In this document: in pieces, positions 1 through 14,588 of the stretch
Layout: each line of letters starts with the position of its first letter
How positions within the stretch are numbered: the stretch's first letter is position 1
DNA from: Bigelowiella natans CCMP2755
Taxonomy: Eukaryota > Protista > Cercozoa
NCBI GenBank assembly: GCA_000320545.1
Contig: ADNK01000171.1
Location: 6,446 to 70,445 of the forward strand
DNA length: 64,000 nucleotides
Direction: 5' to 3'
The notes under the pieces: generated by a model
The model's database searches: none
What the model was told of the DNA's origin: nothing
The model's input: only the letters and a program-made list of their open reading frames with translations
Position numbers and translations under genes: made by a program

Positions 1-1288
1 AAGATACATTTTCGCTGAAGTACACGAGGGATTCCACCAAGCATTGTGTGTGTTGCATCTGTCGCATGCGGGTTGCTATGGCTTGATGCTGTCGGACCTT
101 CGGTGTCCCATCGAAAGCCGAGAACATAGAGACCTGGTTCCAATCCGGGGGGAAGGACTACACGATCAACAATCGACCATTCAAAGTACCACTTTCCTGC
201 AACGTTGTCCAGTCGATACACTCCAAAGCCGAAGGCCTCAGGAACTGGCGGCTCAAACTGCGTGCCGTCAGGGCACCCGGGAGAGGTAGAGGGCTCCCCA
301 TGGGGTTTGCATGCTGGGATTGGATTTCTCATCCACTCGGACCCCGGTGGGTATGTACCATTGGAAGTCTTCATGCCTTCAAAGTAAACGCGTGTGCCGT
401 TGTAGAACTGGATCGCTTGCTTCGTTCCCTCGAAACGAAGGGGCGTTTTCTGGAAGCACTCCTCGGTAATATCAGTCTTGCCATTGGCCGGCAGCCTGCA
501 CAGCCGATAGGAATATCCTCCGCCGTGATTCGCGCTGATCCCCCACACAGTCTCGATCACGGAGCCGGACCTGTAAGTGCTTGTCACGACTTCTGGGAAG
601 TCTACGTCGCGAGCGTCCATTCCGTACCCACACCCTCCTCTCAAAATGCCGTTTTGGGGAACTTTGAGCGGTTCAGAAGATGCGTTTGAAGAAAGGCGAA
701 GAGGCCTGTGGTCTGCCATTAAAAGGAAGGTTACATATGTTTCAGGGGTTGTTCAATCTTGCCACTTCGCTCAAACTCTATACTTACCCAAACCGGATGG
801 ATTGCCACCGAACGCGCCACAGGGATAGAACGTTGACGTCCCTGGCGCACGCCAAGGCTTGGTCGATCTGTCCTCATCATCGAAGAATGTTCGTAAAGGA
901 GAGTCGTCTGGAATGGTTGGTTCCCCGGGAATTCTCGTCCCGTTGGTGTACCACCAACAGTCGCATCCGGGCTTGTGGTCGTAGATTCCTCTGAACGCAA
1001 ATTTCTCGATGCAGCTGAGAAAACCACCGATCTCAGCGAAACAAGCATTAATATCGAAACGGAGGAAGAGTTGACCCGATCCTGCATTGAAGAGTGGTGC
1101 GGTTCGCCAGCCATCCTCCTGAGTTGTCATCACGCAGCAAATTCATCATGCGTTGAAACGTTTCAAGTCACATACATCCAGCACATGAACAGCAGACCAG
1201 GGTTTGTCCAAGGCGGGGGAAACTGCAAATTTCCGTGCCCAAGGGAGGGGACGAAGGTCGTCGCAAGGATGGCCCAAGAGAACAACAT
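1..1288 (-). CDS. Secreted lytic polysaccharide monooxygenase-like protein (histidine brace; AA15/AA10-related protist type), multi-exon, 3' end probably beyond window
   Basis: Minus-strand ATG at 1288 gives MLFSWAILATTFVPSLG|HGNLQFPPPW: a 17-aa signal peptide then an N-terminal His (1235-1237). Later exons read CWWYTNGT..PWRAPG..PCG..GGNP, VWGISANHGGGYSYRLC (second His 525-527), ITEECFQKTPL, GTYPPGSEWMRNPIPAC and WSIVDRVVLP..GLYVLGFRWDTE. Confidence 0.85.
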
Positions 1289-1984
1289 AGATCAACGATT
1301 TGTGAGGAGTGTGCGTCGTGTGCGTGCACAGTTTCAGATCTTAAGTTGCCATCAGTACCGATCAGCGCTTTGTGAACGGCCAGCGGCACCACGCCTCCGA
1401 CAACCTCTTCCGCCTGCCACGCACGGATATCCCGAATGGTTTCCTCGTTCGTGCAAAGATCAGTAATATGGAAGGGACGAGAGCAGACACTCTCGAGGCA
1501 AGCCTGCTTGCGGATGGAAAAATCATGAGATATCGCCATTTATTGTGGTTCGAGGCCAGATCTGCCTGTCTCTGCGGGGGAACGTACTCTGTTCACCGCT
1601 TCCCAATGGTGCCACGCGGCCCCACGTTGGTCATAGCGAGCAAGCTCCAACTCTCGTTTTGCCCTTTTCGGGCCCTTTTTGGTGTGCTTTCCACACTCTT
1701 CACTCTACTTCAACTATTTCCCCTGCCATTACGTGCAGCAAGCACCGATCAACCATCAGCAACAACAACAACAAGAAGAAGAAGAGCTGAAGCTTCTGAG
1801 GCGAGAATGAGTTTTGAGGAGGGCACGAGAGAGCCTCGGGAGAGGCTCGACGATGCGGAGGCGTCGTGCCTTGACGCGAGTTGAAAATATAGGCCGTTTT
1901 TTTACGTTTTTCTTTCGAAAGAAGTGCTCGCCTGCACAGCTCACTTTCCGACACTCTCATCGCCCATTTTATCCGCAGTAGCGA

Positions 1985-2767
1985 ATGGTCGTCAGCAAGT
2001 CCGACGTGGCCCTTCTCGTCCTCCGATACCTCGAGACTAGCAAGTTCCCGGAGAGCTTCGAGGCCTTCAAGAGGGAGAGGTTGGCTGCTGTTGGGTGGGG
2101 GGGGGGGAGCTGTGGTGTTTTGGTCGGTGGTGCTCTGATTTTCTTGAACATTCCGCAGCGCGCATTTAGTCGGGTCGAAATTGGACTCCTTAGGGAAGCT
2201 TAGGGGAATCGACTCGATTCTTGACGACTATATCTCGCTTAAGAGGGAACGTATGGCCAACCAGTCGCTTTTGAAGGCTATGACTCGAAAGTCAGAACCA
2301 CAATCGCCAAACCTAACTGTGTTCTCCGCTTCGACTGAATCTTCTATGCTTGCTTGTTTACTTTCCCCGCAGGTCCCTTTCTGAGTCGTATGCCCAGAAG
2401 TTTTGTACATTGTTGGATGATTACAGCATAGCTAGAAACTTGGAAGAGAGGAAGGCGCCACCACCATCATCATCATCATCATCATCATCCAGGGTGCATC
2501 AAATGACTCCCGTCAGACCTGTAACGAGGCGGTGGGCTAGTCCAGAATCATTACTGGCTTCAGCTTCTCGTAGAAAACGCAAGCGTCCTCGGAAAATCAA
2601 TGTTACAGAGGATGAAGACTTCACATTCCCGGGGGCTGGTTCTATGCTCTCGCCAATGATGGGTGATTCAGACTCTCATAACGACGCTTTCCTGGAAAGG
2701 TACCCATGTTTCGAGAATCGTTGCTCAGTAGCGCCCGCCGAAATAGTGAGAACGGCTCTCTGAATGG

Positions 2768-2806
<39 letters not shown>

Positions 2807-3092
2807 GCTATTGCTACCAGCATTCTGAAAACAAACTTACCAGAAAAGCTGGCAGATTTCGCAAACATGGTCCAGCCAGGAGACGGAAGCAGCGGGGGGG
2901 GCTCCACCACCGGGATGTGAGTTGCTTTTCGTGGGTTCCGTTCACCCTCGTGTTGATGGTGCGTGACTTTATGGCCCACATCTCTTTCTAGGCAACAACA
3001 ACAGCAACAGCAGCAGCAACGACAGCAAGCGCAACTAGAAGATCTTTTGGTCTCGCTTCAGCCAGAGGCTGTGGAGCTGCTGTGAGTACAGA

Positions 3093-3130
<38 letters not shown>

Positions 3131-4050
3131 GTCTCTTTGTTTCTTTTCTCTTCAACGGTACGACGTGATAATTCGAAATAATGATAGTTTTCTTCTTCTA
3201 CTTGGTTTAGAGGCGAGCTTTGTTTAGCCCCGCTTGGCGAAGCATCTGATGGCACTGGTGTTGATATCGGGAACGTTCTCGAGAGCAGCAGCAGCGGCAG
3301 CGGCAGCAGGAGCAGAGCTTCTAAGGACGAGAAAGGAGCTTCTGAAGACGTGAAGAGCAGGATGGACAGCACGCAGAGAGGTATGTTTTTATGGCTGTGG
3401 AACCCCCAGCTAGGAGCCCATCCCGGAACATGAATATGTATGATTCGCACTACTTTCTTCTCGTCCAAACACCAACCCGACAGCCGACTCACATCGTGCG
3501 GTAAATCACGTAGTTGCAGAACAGCGAGGGGCTGCTGCTCCAGGGGCGCCAGCTGCTAGTATGGGCCCGAGAGGAGGACGTAACGACGGCCATGCCGATA
3601 GACCGCAAGCGGGTGCGACAGTTCGGAATCGTAAAGGCCCGACGAGCAGGGTGGTGACGGAAATCGGAAGTTGTGATAATTCAAACGACGGTGGCGGCGG
3701 CACCAGTAGGAGCACTGGCAGCAGCAGCAGCATAGCACAGAGATCGTCGTCATCACCATCGCAAACCAGAGCCGAAAATGTCGGCGTGGCTGAGCCGTTG
3801 TCGAGGTCGGGCACTACTGTGTAGTAGCTAAATGCCTGCCTGCCTTCTCCCCCTCCTCCTCCTTCTCCTCCTCCTACCTTTCCCCTGCTGCAAGTTCTGC
3901 ATAAGACAATTGGAAGTAGTAGCTTCTGTCGGTGAATTTTTGAGAGCCCGTCAGGGTTAGGCGGAGGAGGAGGAGGGGGGGGGGGAGAGAGAGAGAGAGA
4001 GATTGAAATTCAAACATTTCTTCATCCCCTTAACAGCCCTTCCTGCTGGT

Positions 4051-4104
<54 letters not shown>

Positions 4105-4659
4105 TGCAGGAATCCATCATCGTCGCCTCCCCCACCGAGAACAACAACTTTGAATGACGCCAAGAATAATGCTGCTGCTGCTGCTACTGCTGCTGTCTCC
4201 GATGGAGGAGGAGGAGGAAGAAGAAGAACGACTTCTGATGCTGGGAAAAGGATGCCGCCTCCTTCTCCTGCTACTGCTTCAACTACTGCTCAACTGACAT
4301 CTGAACAGCGAAGTAATATTAGTGCTAATGGTAGTAGTAGTAATAGTAGCAGTAGTAGTAGCAATAGTAGTAGTAGTAGTAGTAGTAGTAATAGTAGTAG
4401 TCATCATCCTCGAAGTGGGGAAGCAGGTCACAAGCCACAAGATGGTAGGAATGCAATCAGCAGCAGCAGCAGCAGCAGCAATATATTGAAACCGCCCTTG
4501 CCGGGACGCAAAGGCCTGGAAGATGCAGAGGAAAAGGAGGTGCATCGAATCGAACAAGACCCTCAGGGTGCTAGCTCGAAGAACAATGATGGAGACGACG
4601 AGCTGGACATTCCAAGTGACGACGATTTTCTAGACGACGTTGGATATGGCGATTCGTAG
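1985..4659 (+). CDS. LisH-domain protein, NPAT/Mxc-like N-terminus with long low-complexity tail (multi-exon)
   Basis: MVVSKSDVALLVLRYLETSKFPESFEAFKRE is a LisH motif. It splices to GKLRGIDSILDDYISLKRE, which resembles the NPAT segment LTTILNEYVAMK. A basic RRKRKRPRK NLS follows, and the acidic C-terminus ends at TAG 4657-4659. Confidence 0.7.
4054..4101. repeat. (AT)n intronic microsatellite, representative of dozens of (AT)n/(AC)n/(AG)n/triplet tracts in the window
   Basis: Directly visible. Similar tracts occur at about 2769, 3097, 10240, 21001-21116, 37185-37260, 40460-40560 and 55200-55297. Confidence 0.95.
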
Positions 4660-5453
4660 GAGAAGGATGAGGCGGGAGCTCGTGAAGATGTGCAGACGTC
4701 AACTATAGGATACCGATGTGCGAAACCCAAAAATGTCACACTAGTATGGGAATATCAAACACAGAAATGTCACACTAGCATATTTGCGATGGAGAGCAGG
4801 ATGCGTGAATCTATGAACTGCTAGTGTGGCCTGATGAGCTAGTGTGTAGCAGGTCGCGAGTGTCGTATATCGTGTAAGCAAGTGTCCTGTCACGTCACCA
4901 ACAGGGCGGAGACAGATATCATGCAGTAGAGCACAGAGTGCGATGCGCATGTGTGAGGAGTGCGGAGAAACTCGGCCTCGCAGCTGTCATACAGCGCCAG
5001 CAGACATCGAGCCATCAAACGTAGCACTTGCAGTAAACTTTGCCAGTGCCCTATGTGTGTAGCGGCAATACGATGCGCTGTAGGGTAAGTTGTCTCGCGT
5101 TTTCGCTGCACGTAGCCGCAGCTAGCAGCGTGTAGCGTGACTCAAGCGCACGAAAATAGTAAGTGGTCGCTTTTGACCCCGCATCGCATGTGCGGCTTGT
5201 TACGCGCCTCACATGGTGATGTGCCACGCGATAGTTTCATTTCGCGTTTTGTGCTCTCGCTGCTGCCTACAGCTAGCGCTGGTGAAACGTTTTCCACGTG
5301 CCGGAGCGCAACGGACAGTACGATTCATGCAATTCATCATCATACAAAGACACCCTCAATTACGACACATAAACTAGCACATGCTATAATTTCACCAAAC
5401 TAGACATTTTGTAGGTCCTGCAACATACTAGCGGTGATAATGGCAGCCGACTC

Positions 5454-6500
5454 TTAGCAGCGTTTTTCATCGTCCCAAGCATGCCCATCATCGCCATCGC
5501 CGCTGTTACGACCTTCTTCTCCTTCTTCTTCATCAACAATCATCACCATCACGACCATCGTACCAATCTTCGTCCTCGTCATCGTCATCTTCGAAACGCT
5601 TAAATCGACACGAATCCCCCTGCAGCACAACCACCTGGCAGTCTTTCTGACACAAGAAGGCGTGCCCGGAACATGCCCGGAGACTCGATAGAACGCGTAC
5701 CTAAAAACACGTGCGTGTGTAATTATGCTGACCCGAAAACAAAAATTGAAAATATTATTATTGCGTAAGTTCTGGTAGGAGAATATTTTCAAGTTCTCTC
5801 TCTCTTCCTCCTCCCCCCCCCCCCCCCCCCCCCACCCCTCCCCTGCTTCCGCAAAATTGCGACGTGCAAAAAAATCAAACCGAAAAGCAAAGTCAGCAAG
5901 GTGTGACAGCATTAGGATGTCCGGCGTCCTGTTGTGGTGTTGTTTTTCCACACATGCAACGACGACGACGATATCTCAGTGAAGAAATCAAAAGGAGGGT
6001 AGGTAAGATGGATGATGCTGTGTTTGCCGGTCGTGAACATAACATTAGCTAACAGGAAAGAGCAGGGAAAGAAGCACCAAACATGATACCATCGACATAT
6101 CATTGCCGCATCATCATCATCATCATCATCATCCTCATCATCGTCATCATCCTCATTATGACAATCATCATCACAGTCATTATCATTATCCTGTCACCGG
6201 CCGCCTCGCGGCTTCTTGTAACAACATCTTCTCTTTACTACGACGACTTACTGGTGGCGAAAGAGCCTGGAGAGGAAGCTGACCCCTGCACTTGCGAGCA
6301 GCAGCAGCGCCACGATGAATAAATTGAGCCCCAGCCTCACATTTGATGACCCATGAGCAGTATAGAATAAAAAACAGACTCCTACGCGATGGCGGGGAGC
6401 AGCTCATTCAGGATGGAGAAGAAAAAGAAAGGGGGAGGGGGGAAGGGGGGAAGCGGTAGAAGCGGAAGGAGGGGGAAAAGAATGACAGGGGGAGGAGGAG

Positions 6501-6535
<35 letters not shown>

Positions 6536-8007
6536 CTTCCTCCCTCTCAGAACAAGCTGAAGAGTGCATGTCCCAGCTACGTCAACAACGTGAACGACAC
6601 ATATCCCACCACAACAGAGCAGGAGAGTCCTAGTGCCAGTTTGCAGTATCTCCAGATGTAAACACGACTGCACGACTCCCAGCGCGTACAGGGCAGCGTC
6701 CGTTACAATGAGAACCACCAGCTGTCAGCAGCAGTAGCAGCAGCATCACCCGCAAAACATGCACACACACACACACACGCACACACGGATATACACACGC
6801 ACACCATGAGAGGGGGAGAAAGCACAAATATAAGCAGCACCATACCGTGGCTTTTGTGGCCAGGAAGGGCGCGAAGATGGCACTCGTAACGATGAAGAAC
6901 GGCAGTGAGTAGTAAGATAGATATATCGATAACAACTGCGTCAGGGTAAGAGCTGCCCACCGTGCTCCTGAGAGCCCTGACACCTCCCCCAACGAGCCTT
7001 CGAGAAGTACTAAGGCCAGCGTCGTCGCACGATGGAAAGGGAGGGAGGGAGGGAGGAGGAAAGTGAGAAGAGAGAGAGGGGATGAGGTTTCTGCAAGTGT
7101 TTGCGTGCGTGGCGTGGCGGTGAGTCGTGATGATCTAACCGAGGAGGAGGGGGGTAAGCGCGATTGCCTTCAGGGCGAAGTACCATGATAGCCAAGCTCT
7201 GCAGGAGGAAACAGAAGATGAGAACAACAAGGAAGCGAGGAGGAGGGGGAGGGGGGAAAAGAGATGAGAGCCTAGATCTTTCCTCCCCCTATTTCCGATT
7301 ACACGCTGTGAGGTGCTACGACTGCTTGTTCCTACGGTGTAGCTGTTTCGCGCTGTTGTTAGGTGAGAGGGGGGTAGAGCTGGGCAGATAGCTCACGATG
7401 CGGCAAGCTGTGCTAACGCGATGACGACTTACCCGAGCTCTATGCACACGTAACCGCTCAGAAATCTGATAGAGGAACGAAGAGGAACAACAGCAGAAAT
7501 TAAGTTGGAAAAGAAGAAAGAGCACAGAAGTAAAGCTGCATTCTTCGCGGCCGGCACGTACGTGGCGATACCCCATGATCTTCGCCTCGGCGAGTACAGG
7601 CGCATCATTGCTGCGGAGAAGGCAGCTGTGGGTTATACCACCCACCAGCCCGACCGATATCACCTGCGACGATCGATGATGATTGTGAAGGGAGGAAGAG
7701 AGGGAGAGGAGAGGAAGAGAGGAAGTGTATTGTAGATGACATAGCCGACGCAGGGGAACAAAATAGCTGTGATATCGCTACTGAGGAGGTCGGGTGATGC
7801 TATATACACAACAGGTGGCCATGAGTTCATACAACGAAGGAAGAGCGTAGAACCTTCCAAGTCATCAAATACATAAGGACGATGGCTCCAACGATTCGCA
7901 TCCAGAGCAAACGGGTCCACATCTGGTTATCGTTCACATCTTCAATTCTAGCTCCCTCTAAATCTAGCTGCAAGCATTATGTCTTGTGCCCCGCGTCTGT
8001 GCTGCTG

Positions 8008-8047
<40 letters not shown>

Positions 8048-9210
8048 CTTAATGTGTTAGCGTTATAAGCTGTGGTAGCCACGCCGTGAGGATATGGTGG
8101 CTGTTCATGCAACCATCCCAACACTATCAGCTGCTACATACCCACAACAACATGAAGGAAAAGAGCTGCATCTTTGCCCGCGACGATCGGTCGACGTATA
8201 TTTGCAGTAGCCTATCTTCGAATACCTGCTCGTAGTGATGATGATCTGTTACTACTCAGCCAGGCCGCGACGTAGGCGCTGACGATGGGGTTGCTAAAGA
8301 CGATCTAACCGCGTAAAGTGTTTGGGATGCTCGCACGAAATCCGGGAAATTTTGACCTTAAAGACGAAGAAAACGACCGGTGAGTGAAGCTCCTTCAAAA
8401 TATCGATGCTGTCGACGCCTTCACAATTCTCAATCATGGTACAGAATAAGTACCGAATCGCTGTGATCATCTTGAGGAGGGGGGGGGTGCGGGGAGGGGA
8501 GAGAAAGGCGAGTTAATAGGGAAATGTAGGCCAACTATAATCCTTGCCCTCCAGCAGGAATAACATCAAAACCAACCATTTGCATGATTTTTATGCATTT
8601 CTTGCTCTAATCGCCTTTCGCTCTACTCATCAACAGGAACGATATCGTGCAGTTCAAGTTGGAGAACCTTCGGATTTCGGCAATTTTCCCGCTGTTAATG
8701 AGCATTTTGTTGCGAAGCTCCAGCCCCCGCCTCTCCAGCTGCCTCTCCAAGTCGCCTACCTCCAAGGTGAGCACGTGGCGCTTCTCCTTGAGAGTCAGCA
8801 GGGTCCAGATTCTACACACTTCCTGCCTGCTCCGAACAAAACAGAAGGCTCATAGGCAGAACGAATCTAGGGCTGGGGAAGAGCTGGAGCTGTCATCATT
8901 TCTATCGCCACCTTCCATCACACAGCTGAAACTCTAATCCGCCATCCTTCTCGCCACTTCTACTCCGGCTCCCAAGGGGGGGAGCACCGTCGGTCGATGA
9001 CTCCCCTGCACTGCTGTGTGTATGAGCACCCTTCCTCCGCTTACCTCGCTTCGCACGCCTTCGAGGAGGCATCGGTGGAAGAGGGTAGGGGAGAGTCAGG
9101 CAACTGTGAAACAATCGCTTCGGAAGACGACGTGCCTCTCCTTCGCGTGACTTATTTCACGGTCGTCTTCCGACGGCAAAGATAGATAGATCTTAATGCG
9201 ACAAACATCT
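5454..9210 (-). CDS. Unidentified multi-exon, probably multi-pass membrane protein (boundaries uncertain; may be two genes)
   Basis: Minus-strand exon-like segments bounded by GT/AG include hydrophobic stretches (LSIYLSYYSLPFFIVTSAIFAPFLA, VLIVTDAALYALGVV, LLWMRIVGAIVL) and a coiled-coil-like segment (8607-8819). Confidence 0.4.
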
Positions 9211-9409
9211 AATTGTAGTTTTAGCACATGAATAAATCGGCAACGGGATTCTTCTCCCGAAGATGCAATGTACTCTAAAGGAGATAGGATATATATAGGG
9301 TTTATTATTGCCAGGAAATAGAATTCCAAGGAATCTTTACGGAACGCGGAAAGGCCGAGCTGTACCGAACCCTACCGACGTTGCACCCCCCCTCGATTGG
9401 TGACTTACT

Positions 9410-11210
<1,801 letters not shown>

Positions 11211-12048
11211 CTTCTTGCGCACGCAAGCGTTTTCAACTGTGCGTCTACATTTTATTTTACAAAGCTCATTAAACGCCGTATTGCTCAAATGCAATGATAC
11301 ACGGCATCGCATCGATGCTGTGAAAGACGCGTTGTAGCGTTTGTAGCAATAGAACGACAAGCACTGATAAGATGACAGACCACTTGCAAATCTCTACAGC
11401 ACACGACACCGCTTCGATCAGAGTGCTAGTTCCCACTAATTTATAGGTGTTAATTGGTACTTTGGTCTGGCATGATTGAATAGCTCAATGAAATGCGTAA
11501 TCTGCGCGCAGATCGCGGCCACATATATGTTGAGAGTTGACATACCAGACCCACATCAGGCAGCAGCACACGCTGCACATGCTGTGCTTATTTTGATTCA
11601 CGCACGCACGCACGCACACTCTATGCGCATATGTGTGACTACACGTATATTAATTAGGTATGTGTGCGTGCGATATGTGTCGGATTTAGAGACAGACGCA
11701 TGTACATCTATGGATCGCGAGGTGTACGTGTCTGCAACGAATGTTCAGCCATGCTAGCGTAGTATTCATCGCTACATATATCCACTGATGAATTAGTCTA
11801 ATATGTCTATCTACCATCCAGAGATGGGAATCATTCGGGGAAGAATCGCGAATCCATGAATTGCTTTTGATGTATGCCCGACGCAACATACAGCTTCCAA
11901 GACCCGAATATCACCTGTCCTGGACCATCCACGCCTAATTGACACGCATAGAGCTGAGGTATGAGCAAGATTTTTGTGCGCTTGAGGATGGTGAAATACA
12001 CGAATATACTAGGCTTATTATACACTTAGCTACATGATGGAAAACCTT

Positions 12049-14156
12049 CTAGATCCAATTCTCTTCAGCATGAGAGGCCAGGAGATCATCCGATAAATCT
12101 TGGCTGAAGAGGACAGTCTCGCTGCAAAACGTACAGAAAAAAATCATGAAGTTTTTATTGTAGAGCTTAAACTGGGGATATCTGTGAAAAGAGAATGTGC
12201 CTATCTTTAGCCAACACGCACATACCTTTTCGGCACTACGTCTTCTGCGGGTGATCTGGCGCAACCGCCGCTATCTTTCTGGTTCGAGGGAAGATTCGTA
12301 TTCACGGGGTCCAGCAGCTTTGGCATTGGGTGGGGCTCGCTCTTCTGGAACTGCTGACGCTTGGCTGGAAAACTTCCCTTGCTTCGGTCATTGGATTGGA
12401 AGCCATTCGGCGGGACTCGAGTTTGCTGGTGCTGCCCAGGCTCACTAATTCGATCGAGGCAGGGCATATTAATGTTAACGGGTTTCAAGGCCCTAGTGGC
12501 ATGATCTTGCGCTTGGTTTTGAGGGGTTTGGCACGCCCCTATTCCGCCGGAACTCAAGCTGTTTCTGCGAGGAAATTCCGTATCTTTACTTCGCGACTGC
12601 TGCCTCAGGTGGCTCATTTCCGCGGAGCTGCAATGTGAAGAAGTTGATGTGCTTATATTATTTTTTTCCCTATACTGTGGAGGTGTTATCGAGGCCTTTC
12701 GCTTTTTCCCGATGCTGCATGGAGCACTGTTGCTGCTTCTATTGCTTATGCCATTTGAAGCCATGTTTTGAATCCTAGTGGCTGAGTGTGTGGAAGATAT
12801 TGGTAGCTTGGCTTCACAGGGAAGAGGACGCGGAGAGGTGTTTGGAGCACATGTAGCAGTCGTGGCTGGCACAATAGAGCGTGCCTTTTTTTCTTTCTTT
12901 AGCGCAAGTTTTCGCATCGCCTCCGCCTTCCGTTGCTCCGCAGCACGTTTGAGCGCAGCACGATCTAGCGAAGGAGCTGGATGTCTGACTGAAGAGGGAA
13001 CGGCGTGATTAGGTGCAGAAGGCCCCCTTTTAATCTCCGATGATGTCGGTGACCCACTATTATTCATTTTCTCCACTTTTACACGAGGTATTGTTTCAGG
13101 TTGCTTTGTCTGGGATTCACTTTTCAGATTAGTTCTGTCTCCCGGTGGAAGCACGGCCCCTGCCTCTGCAGTGTCCTAACACCCCAAAACATGCGAGTCA
13201 TCAATCATAAACCAAATGCGAAAGTTCGATCTTTACCAATGGTATGCTTCTTTCCCTCCCGCTTTTCATATTTCTCAGGAAGGTTCGGTCTGATCGGTTC
13301 GCAGTATACACTTTAGTTTAGTACTCCAGCTTCCCACAAAGCTTTAGGAATGTTGTCACAATCAATCGACAAAAGATACCATATAAACAGTTTCCCAATC
13401 CATCTCCAAATTGGCGAAGGCATCGTTTTATCCCGTCCGTAACCGCTTCCTACACAGGAATATGCTCGATTTAAGAATTGTGACTAACGCGAAGGGGCAA
13501 CGGCACCTTGAATGCCTTTTCTAATCCTGGACCTTTACCCATATTTATTGCTGAACCATATCCGATATCCTTACAAATTAAATTACAAAGCTTATGTTGA
13601 AAACATAATCGTGGATGGATCGTTCTATTGTGTATTCACCTCCTTCCAACAACCGTTCCGGAGGGTGACGCGTACAATTGCATGGGCACCAATATTCCAA
13701 GCATCTTTCTTTCTTGTGCTCCTGTCAACATAATCCGTCTTGTGTTCCTAGTAATCATGAGAATATTGCATCAAATGATGTATTGTGTTGCGTGTCACCA
13801 TCAGTATCTTTCAGTTCCATTGGGCGAGAACGTGTACCATGGTAATCCAAAACTTACCACGACAGTAGAAGCCCATCCGTCAAATGCAAAGATGTGATTT
13901 GCAAGGGAAATCGCCTTGTTAGACGCAAGGTAGGTGAGCTTAGAGCCCCCCGGTCCAGCTCTACAGAGCAAAGTTGTAGTTTAAACACTCTGGAGCACAA
14001 TAAAAAATTATAATCATTAAAGAAGACTAATGATAACCGGCTTGAGCATTCCTCTCTCGCAAGTCGTCGCGCGAGAAGCGTGTGGATCCTGAGTCTTTCA
14101 TTGTCCGTAAACTGAAGATGGCCGAATTCGTTTCCACCCAGGTCTCTCCCTGCCAT
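12049..14156 (-). CDS. RAD52: DNA repair/recombination protein RAD52
   Basis: Spliced N-domain reads [78 protein letters not shown], followed by a long disordered exon (ORF 12207-13154). Confidence 0.93.
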
Positions 14157-14588
14157 TGTATCTTCCCGTGGTTATGCAAAGCTCCACGCTTCGTCGGGAA
14201 ACCCTTACTCCAAACGAGGAAATGTTTTGGGTATTTGGACGTGCGTCAAAAGGATAACCCTATCTCACCTATTTTAGCCCCTGCGTTCTCACTTCTGGAA
14301 GAACGCTGAATTTCGAACGCGAAACACCTTCGCGCGACGAGAGGGCGATTCGGACCCGGAATGTCGATCGATACTCTCTGAGTAGTCTCGGGAGGTGGCA
14401 GGAAATTTATTTCTCGGCACGGAACCCAATCCTTGGTCCTGGACTTCCTATCCGGTGTTTGTTCGTGTTGGTGTTGAGGGGATTAACAGGACGCGACAAG
14501 TACTGTACCACGCTATTCTTTACCGAGGCAGCGACAGTTCTCCTTTCACCTATCCAGTCCTCCTCCCCCCCCAAGCACATATAGCACC

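Noticed and set aside
1350-1967. Separate small minus-strand gene upstream of the LPMO
   Set aside because: Some exon-like pieces can be joined, but there is no recognisable product and the candidate ATG lies only 17 bp from the LisH ATG.
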